A stretch of DNA of 64,000 nt from Spirochaetales bacterium (lineage in GTDB: Bacteria; Spirochaetota; Spirochaetia; SZUA-6): assembly GCA_027021365.1 (NCBI GenBank), contig JALUUM010000008.1, positions 2,804 through 66,803 of the forward strand. The letters run 5' to 3'. The position numbers were made by a program, and so were the translations under genes. Under the pieces are notes generated by a model, which did no database searches, was not told the DNA's origin, and saw only the letters and a list, made by a program, of their open reading frames with translations. Positions within the stretch are counted from its first letter, which is position 1; every line of letters begins with the position of its first letter. This document shows positions 8,172 through 16,368 of the stretch, in pieces.

Positions 8172-10034
8172 ATGCTTTCGCTGTGGCACGTATCATGCTT
8201 ACAGATTTGTGTCATGACATCCACCGGAATCACAGAAAAGCCAGTATCAATGGGAAACCAAATTTCAAAGCTCACAGAAAAGCTAAAGCAAATCCCAAGG
8301 GAGGAGCTCCTGGCTTCGCCGGGCTTATGGATAAGAATTGGGAGTTTTTATATCCTCAACTATGAAGATTCCAAAGGGAATCGATCGAAGAGGCTTGTAA
8401 AGGCATACGGTGTAAGCAACAACTGGAAGGGTATCGGGTCCGGAGGCTCTTATTACGGGAAAACCAGTTATTACGGCGGCAAGAATCAACTTTATTTGAA
8501 GACCTACTGTTACCTGAAAGAGGATAACAGAACCTTCAGGTTGGACAGAATTGTCTCTATATACAAGGCAGACTCGCTTTTGGCCTCCGGGTACCAGGCC
8601 TGGGAAGTCCAGGCGGCTTTGAACTTGAACAGGGGAGCGACCGCAGAGGCCGGGTATGCGCCGGCCAGTAAGAGGCATCCGCCTGTACAGCAGGATACGC
8701 CTGCCAGCGAGAAGGTATCGGCAGGCAAGGACTACCTGCCGGCACAGCAGGTAACGGCACAGCAGGATACGTTGGCCCGAAAGAGATACCTGCCGGCACA
8801 TCGGGGTAAATTCGTCTGCAAGCGCTATATACCCAAAATGGCTGACACGGTGAAGGCGGTTTCTGCCTACCTGGATGAGAGTGACCCGGACATACCAAAT
8901 ATAAAGGAACAAAAACGTAGAGAGAAGGCTGCCAAAAGGGCCGAGAGAAGAAACAAGATTTTCAACTTTATTATTGGCCTTTCTGCCTTTCTGCTGTTCA
9001 TGAACTGGGGATACTTCCAGGAACTCTTTACAGGTATCGTGGAGTTAGTAATCGACGAAGTCACGCCACCCTACAACCATAGCGTAAAACCACCGGTCGA
9101 TAGCACGAATCAAAATCAAATCTCCTACGAGAAGATAGAAAAAATCATAGAGGAGCTGGAGAAGGAGAGGCAGAAAAGCCTGAACAATAACAATAAAAAG
9201 GTAAAACCATTCAGTTTGGAAGATATTCCCGATATAGACCCGGAAACCATAGCATCGTACAGAGAGGTGGTGGCAAGTATCAACAAGTCTGTCGGGAAAA
9301 TCCAGCACCAGGAAAATAAGAAAAATCAACAAAATCGGAAGGGGAAGCAGAAGAGGCCAAGGGCATTAAGGGTGGTAAGAGAAATCGAGTACAGGGGTAT
9401 TACCATACAGGAGGTCGATACCGAATATGGAAAAAGATATTTGGCACCGGAACTGTCGATGGAGAACTTTTCACTCGATTACATGAAAGAAGAAATAAAC
9501 GATTACCTCTTTAGGGAAAAAACCGGAATAGACGATTTAAGTGTTCTTATCCTCTACAAGAGTGCCGATGAGAACGGGGACTTCCGATTATCGTGGGACG
9601 AAATACAGGATTTTCAAAATGAACTTTACCGAAACTACAAGTACAAGTCGAATCCAATTGCACTGCGGCCGGACCAGTTTATAGAACAGGATGGCGGCGA
9701 CTGTGAAGATTGGGCATTAATGACCGCCGGGCTTCTTAGATACTGGGGTTACACACCGTATATCGGAACACTTGCATATTATCAAAGGGCGAATCCTGGC
9801 CATGCCCTCTGTCTCTTATACTCTACGACTCCGCCCCCTTCAGGCATGGACTACCTGCATATAAGGGAGAATGATCCCCTGCGCACTTTTAATTCTGATG
9901 TAAAGCCAGGTTACTATGTGCCAATTGATTACACTGTGGTAGGTGGATACTCAAGGGTAATAACAGCTTCAGGTTACAAATGGTACTATGACATGATATA
10001 CGTACCGGAAAAAATCTATGGAATGGTGATGTAA
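8172..10034 (+). CDS. multidomain membrane protein: N-terminal WYL-like domain, one TM helix, coiled-coil, EF-hand-like loop, C-terminal transglutaminase-like cysteine-protease core
   Basis: LYLKTYCYLKEDNRTFRLDRIVSI matches the WYL...R.FRLDRI signature. A single hydrophobic helix IFNFIIGLSAFLLFMNWGYF is preceded by a K/R-rich stretch (N-in). DENGDFRLSWDE is an imperfect EF-hand loop. GGDCEDWAL...LLRYWGYTPYIG...GHALCLL matches the GxCxxFA...R..G.P.R...H transglutaminase-like triad. The true start may be the Met at 8250. Confidence 0.6.
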   Translation: MLSLWHVSCLQICVMTSTGITEKPVSMGNQISKLTEKLKQIPREELLASPGLWIRIGSFYILNYEDSKGNRSKRLVKAYGVSNNWKGIGSGGSYYGKTSYYGGKNQLYLKTYCYLKEDNRTFRLDRIVSIYKADSLLASGYQAWEVQAALNLNRGATAEAGYAPASKRHPPVQQDTPASEKVSAGKDYLPAQQVTAQQDTLARKRYLPAHRGKFVCKRYIPKMADTVKAVSAYLDESDPDIPNIKEQKRREKAAKRAERRNKIFNFIIGLSAFLLFMNWGYFQELFTGIVELVIDEVTPPYNHSVKPPVDSTNQNQISYEKIEKIIEELEKERQKSLNNNNKKVKPFSLEDIPDIDPETIASYREVVASINKSVGKIQHQENKKNQQNRKGKQKRPRALRVVREIEYRGITIQEVDTEYGKRYLAPELSMENFSLDYMKEEINDYLFREKTGIDDLSVLILYKSADENGDFRLSWDEIQDFQNELYRNYKYKSNPIALRPDQFIEQDGGDCEDWALMTAGLLRYWGYTPYIGTLAYYQRANPGHALCLLYSTTPPPSGMDYLHIRENDPLRTFNSDVKPGYYVPIDYTVVGGYSRVITASGYKWYYDMIYVPEKIYGMVM

Positions 10035-10090
10035 GCCATTAATCCAATTCGAAAACGCTCTTTGCCAATCGGCTACGACTGGCAGTTTAC

Positions 10091-10249
10091 CTATTCCTCA
10101 TCCTGCTTGTTCAGGTATTTTTCCGGCTCCTTTTCAAAGGCCTTCATGCAGCCGGGAGCGCAGAAATAGTAGGTTACGCCGTTGTACTCGGTTTTGAACT
10201 TAGCCGTTTTTTCATCCACTTCCATCAGGCATACCGGATCTATCGCCAT
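10091..10249 (-). CDS. YHS-domain metal-binding protein (52 aa)
   Basis: MAIDPVCLMEVDE...YYFCAPGCMKAFEKEP is the YHS/TRASH motif. AGGAGG RBS upstream of the ATG. The ORF-track start at 10351 is probably too long. Confidence 0.65.
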   Translation of the reverse strand: MAIDPVCLMEVDEKTAKFKTEYNGVTYYFCAPGCMKAFEKEPEKYLNKQDEE

Positions 10250-10380
10250 CTTAAAACCTCCTAAGAATATTATATCATTTATTATAATAATAAAACATTT
10301 ATAGTCAACCATAACTTTTGCTGATGTAATAATATTGACTATTATTATCATATTTATTAAATTGCCCTTGAGGTTTGATT

Positions 10381-10491
10381 ATGAAGGATTTCTGCAAGCC
10401 AGGATCATCGGAACCAGGACCATCAATGACAGAATCATCAGCGCAAGACTCTTCAAGGCCAGGATCCCCAGAGCCAGGGGTTGAACTATGA
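10381..10491 (+). CDS. possible 36-aa leader ORF overlapping the FTR1 start (ATGA overlap)
   Basis: ATG...TGA frame ends at 10489-10491 and overlaps the ATG at 10488. Encodes MKDFCKPGSSEPGPSMTESSAQDSSRPGSPEPGVEL with internal KPGSSEPG/RPGSPEPG repeats. Too short to verify. Confidence 0.2.
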   Translation: MKDFCKPGSSEPGPSMTESSAQDSSRPGSPEPGVEL

Positions 10492-11333
10492 TAGAAGGTT
10501 TCATAATACTTTTCCGGGAAACACTGGAAGCTTCTCTTGTAATAGGAATAGTCATAGCAACTTTCAAACGCCAGGGGATAAAGGACTTTCACGGCACGGT
10601 CTATTCAGCCATTCTTCTTGCCATCCTTTCAAGCATAGCGGGAGCTTTCCTCTTTGACAGGCTGGCAGGCGGCTTTACAGGTAAGGGCGAACAGATATTC
10701 GAAGGCCTGGTAATGATAGTTAGCGCCGTGCTTTTGACAACGATGATAATCTGGATGCTGAAGAATAGCAATCAAGGTAGGGAACTCCGGAGAAAGCTCA
10801 ATGAAAGGATATCCTCCACCTACAAGCTCGGCGTGTTCTTTCTTGTTTTTACGGCTATCTTGAGAGAGGGAATCGAGGCAGTACTCTTTCTTTCCGCTGC
10901 AAATTTCGCAACCGGAAATAACAACCTCACGGGTGCCCTCCTTGGCATGGCTGCTGCAGTCGCCTTTTCCATACTGTTCCTAGCAGGAACATGGCGTCTC
11001 AATATAAGAGTATTCTTTACCGTTATCAATATTACCCTGATACTCTTTGCATCGGGCCTTTTCTCCAGCGGGATACACGAGCTCCAGGAAGCGGGCTGGA
11101 TTCCCGTACTCCGCGAAGATGTTTTCAATATAAATCCGCCCGTCCTGCCAGACGGAAGCTATCCACTCCTCCACGAGAAGGGATACATAGGCAGTATCGC
11201 CAAGGGCCTCTTTGGATACAACGGTAACCCCAGCCTGCTCGAACTTGCCGGGTACGCCTTCTACATAGTCTCAGCTTCATTTGCATGGCTAAAGATATCA
11301 AGAATCGAGAAAAAGAGACTTTCCGGTTCCTGA
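10488..11333 (+). CDS. FTR1/EfeU-family high-affinity iron permease
   Basis: Two RExxE motifs (FRETLEAS and LREGIEAV) in a 7-TM protein of 281 aa. Confidence 0.75.
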   Translation: MIEGFIILFRETLEASLVIGIVIATFKRQGIKDFHGTVYSAILLAILSSIAGAFLFDRLAGGFTGKGEQIFEGLVMIVSAVLLTTMIIWMLKNSNQGRELRRKLNERISSTYKLGVFFLVFTAILREGIEAVLFLSAANFATGNNNLTGALLGMAAAVAFSILFLAGTWRLNIRVFFTVINITLILFASGLFSSGIHELQEAGWIPVLREDVFNINPPVLPDGSYPLLHEKGYIGSIAKGLFGYNGNPSLLELAGYAFYIVSASFAWLKISRIEKKRLSGS

Positions 11334-11457
11334 TTCGAATGGCAGGATGGGAAGGCTCTCCCACATCCTATGTGAGTTACACGGGCGGCAAGTATCAACT
11401 TTTATGGAGACCGGATGGCGAGAATATCGAGATAGCAATCATGGTTGAATCCGGAGG

Positions 11458-11823
11458 ATGGGCTGCAATAGGGTCCAGGCGAAGGATTCAGCTTCGGTTT
11501 TTGCCGAGTACAACAGGGACCTTGTAAGGCAGGTAATGAGAAACAATGCAATGCTGCCCGGAAAAATCAAGACTGCGGCAAAGAACAAGGATTTCTACGG
11601 TGCTGCTTTCGCACTAATAGACATGGCCCACGGTATGTACAAGATAAAAGATTTCACACCGCGTAAGGGTTATCCTTCCCGGTGGACAGATGCTATCGAA
11701 AGGTTCATCGATACCGCCCTCATGGGAATCGGTGCATGCGGTGAAAAAGACATCGATGGATTGAACAAGGCAATAGCCGGGCTCGTTGCCCTGAACAGGG
11801 AAGGCCACAGGACATTCAGATAA
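11458..11823 (+). CDS. hypothetical protein; possibly the 3' part of a frameshifted gene beginning at 11339
   Basis: ORF of 121 aa. An upstream frame starting at ATG 11339 (MAGWEGSPTSYVSYTGGKYQLLWRPDGENIEIAIMVESGG...) terminates inside it in another frame around 11480-11527. Confidence 0.35.
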   Translation: MGCNRVQAKDSASVFAEYNRDLVRQVMRNNAMLPGKIKTAAKNKDFYGAAFALIDMAHGMYKIKDFTPRKGYPSRWTDAIERFIDTALMGIGACGEKDIDGLNKAIAGLVALNREGHRTFR

Positions 11824-11977
11824 ACCCGGAAATAGACTTAAAAAGACTTAAAGATAGAGGGACCGATCATGGCACATCTTACACGCCGGTGTCATAAATT
11901 GATTCCCTTTTTTGATAATTTTTTTTGTAATTTTTTTTGAAATTCCATATTTTTTATCTTGACTTAGCGCTATATTT

Positions 11978-12721
11978 TTGAACATACAGCATATCATGGA
12001 AAACAAGAAAAAGGATGGCATGATAACCTCAGCCCCCCTGGGATTCTTCACGGGCCACGTTCAGGGTATAGCCTTAACAGAATCCTACCTCTTCCTGACC
12101 GCTGTCGAGGAAGAGGAAAAAACCGGTTACCTATTCAAAGCGGACAAGAACACCTACCAGTTACTGGCACAGGTAAAGTTCAGGGTTGGAAATATCTACC
12201 ATCCGGGCGGCATATCTTACCACAACGGATACATCCTCCTCCCCCTCGCAGCATACAAGGCCCAGACGGTATCAATTATTTTCAAGATCGACCCCGAGAA
12301 CCTTCAGCCGGCGCAGGCCTTTATTGCCACTGACCACATTGGTGCGGTAACTTCCAACGGGGACTACATCTTTGGCATGAACTGGGATGCAAAGGATATC
12401 TATATCTGGGATTCCCGGGGAAAACTCCTTAAGAAGATAAGGAACAGAAGGCATACCGCCTACCAGGACATAGAGTACCACAACGGGAAACTGTACTGTT
12501 CCGGAATAAGGAGGGGAACTTCCAAGCATGGCAAGATCGATGTTTACAGGTTCCACAAGGAGAACCTGGAACTGTCGCTGGAAAAGAGCATCGCCATGCC
12601 GGAAATAAACGATAAGCACAGTATCGCCAAGGAGGGAATGACACTTCAGAATGGTTACCTCTACTTCGTTCCGGAGGATTTCCCGAGCACACGCCTTTAC
12701 AGGGTCAAGATAGAGGAGTAG
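11978..12721 (+). CDS. hypothetical protein (beta-propeller-like; 247 aa)
   Basis: ORF with repeated hydrophobic/Gly/Asp blade-like segments. Weak resemblance to plant-type glutaminyl cyclase propellers; not confirmed. Confidence 0.35.
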   Translation: MNIQHIMENKKKDGMITSAPLGFFTGHVQGIALTESYLFLTAVEEEEKTGYLFKADKNTYQLLAQVKFRVGNIYHPGGISYHNGYILLPLAAYKAQTVSIIFKIDPENLQPAQAFIATDHIGAVTSNGDYIFGMNWDAKDIYIWDSRGKLLKKIRNRRHTAYQDIEYHNGKLYCSGIRRGTSKHGKIDVYRFHKENLELSLEKSIAMPEINDKHSIAKEGMTLQNGYLYFVPEDFPSTRLYRVKIEE

Positions 12722-12764
12722 TGTTTTTAAGGGATTCAAGAGAGTATAGGCGAGCCCGGAGATT

Positions 12765-12798
12765 TAACAAAGTATCTAAAATAACAAAGTATCTAAAA
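12765..12798. promoter_or_regulatory. perfect 17-bp tandem direct repeat (TAACAAAGTATCTAAAA x2) immediately upstream of the Gfo/Idh gene
   Basis: Read directly: copies at 12765-12781 and 12782-12798, followed by GGGGG and a GTG start at 12812. Confidence 0.4.
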
Positions 12799-12811
12799 GG
12801 GGGCAAAAATC

Positions 12812-13960
12812 GTGAACAGAAAACTAAGGATGGGTATGGTAGGCGGCGGGCCCGGCGGCTTTATAGGCGAAATTCACAGGAAGGCTGCAAACTTAACAGG
12901 TGAAATCGAGCTTGTCTGCGGGGCATTTTCTTCCAGTCCCCAAAAATCGCAGGAAATGGGGAAACTCCTTTTCCTCGACCCGAAGAGGGTTTACGCTTCA
13001 TACGAGGAAATGATAAAAACGGAATCCACCCTCCCCCGGGGGGAAAGAATGGATTTCGTAAGCATCGTCACCCCAAACTACCTGCACTACCCCGTTGCAA
13101 AGCTTGCCCTGGAGCATGGTTTTCCCGTTGTAAGCGATAAACCGCTTACAATTAAATACAACGAGGCAAAGGAACTAAAGGAACTTGCAGAGGCCAAAGC
13201 CCTTCCCTTTGCCGTGACCTATGTCTATTCGGGCTACCCCATGGCAAGAGAGGCAAGAAAAAGGATCCTCCGTGGTGATCTTGGAAAGATTAAAAGGATT
13301 ATTGTTTCATACGTTCAGGGTGGCCTTGCAAGACCGCGCAAGAGAAAAATCTGGCGTCTGGAACCGGAGAAGGGTGGCATTGCAGGTTCAATCGGTGACA
13401 TCGGAACACATGCAGAGCATATCGCAAGGTACTTTACCGGCCTCAAGATAGGGGAGCTCTATGCCGACCTCCGGATTTCGGCAAAGGGCAGAAAGATATA
13501 TGACGACGGCGACATACTCGTCCACTTCGAAAACGGGGTAATGGGTGTTATTACATTAAGCCAGATAGCAAGCGGCGAAGAGAACAACCTTACAATTTCC
13601 GTCTACGGCGAGAAGGGCGGACTGATATGGAAGCAACAGGAACCAAATAGCCTGATAGTTAAGTGGAACAATGCCCCCACACAAATCATAAGAACGGGTA
13701 GAAACGCCCCCGAGCTCGAAAGGGAGGCTCTTAAGGCAGCATTCCTCCCGATGGGACACCCAGAGGGTTTCATAGAGGCATTTACAAATATATACAGGGG
13801 TTTTGCATGCAGGCTCAAAAAGATAATCTTTAAAGAGAATATCGATTGCAATGAACTCGATTATCCCGACATCCAAGATGGCGTCCTCGGTATGGCCTTT
13901 GTGGAAGCTGCACTAAAAAGCTCGGAGGAACATAGGTGGGTATCGCCGGGGGAGTTATAA
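12812..13960 (+). CDS. Gfo/Idh/MocA-family NAD(P)-dependent oxidoreductase
   Basis: N-terminal Rossmann motif MGMVGGGPGGFIGEIH, 382 aa, GTG start. Confidence 0.8.
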   Translation: MNRKLRMGMVGGGPGGFIGEIHRKAANLTGEIELVCGAFSSSPQKSQEMGKLLFLDPKRVYASYEEMIKTESTLPRGERMDFVSIVTPNYLHYPVAKLALEHGFPVVSDKPLTIKYNEAKELKELAEAKALPFAVTYVYSGYPMAREARKRILRGDLGKIKRIIVSYVQGGLARPRKRKIWRLEPEKGGIAGSIGDIGTHAEHIARYFTGLKIGELYADLRISAKGRKIYDDGDILVHFENGVMGVITLSQIASGEENNLTISVYGEKGGLIWKQQEPNSLIVKWNNAPTQIIRTGRNAPELEREALKAAFLPMGHPEGFIEAFTNIYRGFACRLKKIIFKENIDCNELDYPDIQDGVLGMAFVEAALKSSEEHRWVSPGEL

Positions 13961-14031
13961 AGCAGGAAGTTATAAAGCTCAAATTCAAGGCCCAATTCTA
14001 AGACCCCACAGGCCCCTTAAACAGGTTTTTC

Positions 14032-16368
14032 TTAAGCCTTAAAGTCCACTGCCGGCGGTGGGAGCATCGTTACCCCTCCCCTCCCTTTGAATGCCTTAAG
14101 CACCTCGTCCTTTGCAGACAGGTAAAGTATCTGCCAGCCAGAGCCTGCCAGGTCGAAGAGCATACCCATCTGCCTTTCAAACCTCTTCCTGTCGGACTTC
14201 AAAAAAGGATCATCCAGTATGAAGAATCCCTTCTCCTCCCCGAAAAGGCTCTCTGCAAATGCCAGGCGTATCGCAAAGTAAAGCTGATCGTAGGCACCAC
14301 CCGAAAGCTGCCCTGGCTCGAGCTTCACCCCGTCCCGCCTCCAGACACGTATCTTCTGATCCTCCCTTCCCGCATCGTAATCGACTTCCCTGTAAAGCCC
14401 GCCCGAGATGCCGGCAAAAAACCTGCTAACGGCACTCTCCCTTCCGAATAGCTTCCTTATCTTGTCCTCGTCCTCCCTCGCAATATCTTCCAACAGGTTG
14501 ATACTTTCCACCGCCGCCTTCCTCCTCCTGATGGCAGCAGAGCGGAAGTCTGCAACCGCTTCCCTTGCATGAACCAGATCTTCAAGTGCCTCAACCGCAA
14601 ATTGCTTACTGTCGAGCAGAATTTCATTAGCCCTCCTGTCGAAATAATTCAACCTGCCACTGTAACCTTTAAGCTCTCTCTCCGTCTCCTCTATCTCTCT
14701 CTCTGTCTCCGAAAGCTTCCTCTTGGCTTCCTCGAAGGTCGACTCGGAAAACCTTATGCCGGTTTCACTTTCATCCTCCCCTTCGGTTTCTTTCTCTATG
14801 GCCTTTCTAATTGCAGTAAGCCTTTCCTCCCAGGTTGAAAGGGCTTCATCCGTGGTGGCCCCGCCGGTACCAAGCTCCGTTTCCAGGGTGCGGCGATAGC
14901 TCCTCACCTCAGCCTCCAGGCCTCTCTTTTCTTTAAGCCTCTCTTCGTAGTCCTCTATGCTCCCAACCCCTCTCTCCTTAAGGACTGCCTCTATCATCCT
15001 CATATCCCTCCGGATACTCTCCTCGAGCCCGGATATCTCCTCCTCCATATTTTTAAGCCGGTAACTTTCACCTGTTATCCTTTTTTCAAGGCCATCCCTG
15101 AACTCACCCTGTTTCTTCACTTCACTTTCGAAGCTATCTATAACAGACTGAAGCTTGTTCACATCACTCACTATAAAACCAAGCTCGGCTGCGGCATTCA
15201 AAAGAGCTGCCTCAGATTTCTTTAACCGGGAACGGGGAAAGGCTACCCAAAACAAATACACCAGTAACGAGGCAACGGCAAGGACAGCAAAGCCCACCGC
15301 CAGAAGCGTAAGTGCCGACACAAACTGGAACAGGGCTCCGAGGCCGGTAAATATCAATATGGAGATCATTAGAATCCCGGAGAGTGTCTCACCGACGCTC
15401 TTTCTCTCTACCAGTCCGTGGTACTTTCTTACAGGCTCTTTCAGGTTATCCTCGACCTTTTTGAGTTTATCCTCCGATACCTTCAGTTCGACATTCCTGC
15501 TTTCAAGGTCAGAGCGGTATTTCTCTATCCGTTCCGACTGCATGGCCTTCGTGGACTTTAGGCTTGCTATTCGAGCCTTCGACTCATCTATCCTTTCAAC
15601 CGCCCTTTTAAGCTTGTTCAACTCGTCGTCATTGTAAGATTTAAGTTCCTCCAACCTTGAACTATCAGATTTCAGTTTCAGCAGGGCATCCATGTTTTTC
15701 CGGTAGTGTTCCCTCTTTCTTGCCTCCTCCAAAAGTATTATCTGCCGGGAGAAGTTGTCCCTTTCCTCCCTTAAGGCGACGAGTTTTTCTTCGAGCCTGT
15801 CATAACCCTTGCTTCTCGCTTCACCTATGAAATCCTCCGCTTCTTTCAGAAACTCTTCGGCCTTCTCGAACCTCTTCCTTAAGTATGCGGTATCCTCGGT
15901 ATTCTGGAAATCACCTTTCGGGGTAATCTTTCCTATTACCCTGATATTCTTGACTATCTCGTCTATCCTCTGCCTGTTCAGCCCGGTAAGCCTCTCGCTT
16001 ATGCTCCTGTAGAACATGGCCTCCTCGGGAATCACCAGGTCACTGTTGGTTATTACGAAGAGGTCCCTGAACATCTCAGGGCTCACATCGATATGGTCGG
16101 TAATGCTTCCCGAAGAGGGGAAAACGAGCAGTTCTCCGTTCCTCTCCACCGTTATCCTACCAACGGGATTCTCCTCCACCCTCTGCAGTTCTCTCCAGTT
16201 CTTCAGCCTCTTGAACTTCTTTCCCAGAAGCAGTTTCAGTATAGCCTCTATTGTAAGAGTCTTTCCGTCCTCATTCTCTCCCCACAGGAGGGATATGTTT
16301 CCCGGCTTCAAGGGCTCCCCGTAGGAGATCGGGCCGTAGCTGTTTATCAGTATTTCCCTAAGCTTCAT
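14032..16368 (-). CDS. SbcC/Rad50-like SMC-type ATPase with a central two-helix transmembrane hairpin (YhaN/SbcE-like)
   Basis: Walker A GENEDGKT at the N-terminus. Long coiled-coil regions. Two consecutive hydrophobic helices mid-protein (ILMISILIFTGLGALFQFV / LTLLAVGFAVLAVASLLVYLFWV). C-terminal signature QLSGGAYDQL and Walker B FFILDDPF. Confidence 0.8.
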   Translation of the reverse strand: MKLREILINSYGPISYGEPLKPGNISLLWGENEDGKTLTIEAILKLLLGKKFKRLKNWRELQRVEENPVGRITVERNGELLVFPSSGSITDHIDVSPEMFRDLFVITNSDLVIPEEAMFYRSISERLTGLNRQRIDEIVKNIRVIGKITPKGDFQNTEDTAYLRKRFEKAEEFLKEAEDFIGEARSKGYDRLEEKLVALREERDNFSRQIILLEEARKREHYRKNMDALLKLKSDSSRLEELKSYNDDELNKLKRAVERIDESKARIASLKSTKAMQSERIEKYRSDLESRNVELKVSEDKLKKVEDNLKEPVRKYHGLVERKSVGETLSGILMISILIFTGLGALFQFVSALTLLAVGFAVLAVASLLVYLFWVAFPRSRLKKSEAALLNAAAELGFIVSDVNKLQSVIDSFESEVKKQGEFRDGLEKRITGESYRLKNMEEEISGLEESIRRDMRMIEAVLKERGVGSIEDYEERLKEKRGLEAEVRSYRRTLETELGTGGATTDEALSTWEERLTAIRKAIEKETEGEDESETGIRFSESTFEEAKRKLSETEREIEETERELKGYSGRLNYFDRRANEILLDSKQFAVEALEDLVHAREAVADFRSAAIRRRKAAVESINLLEDIAREDEDKIRKLFGRESAVSRFFAGISGGLYREVDYDAGREDQKIRVWRRDGVKLEPGQLSGGAYDQLYFAIRLAFAESLFGEEKGFFILDDPFLKSDRKRFERQMGMLFDLAGSGWQILYLSAKDEVLKAFKGRGGVTMLPPPAVDFKA

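Noticed and set aside
8325-8912. 195-aa ORF, and nested 113-aa and 72-aa ORFs, on the minus strand inside the 620-aa gene
   Set aside because: They are antisense to a well-supported multidomain CDS, in its locally GC-rich repetitive segment. The Pro/Arg/Cys-rich translations are typical of spurious antisense frames.
15155-15637. 160-aa plus-strand ORF
   Set aside because: Antisense to the coiled-coil part of the SbcC-like gene. Ser/Phe/Leu-rich, with no start context.
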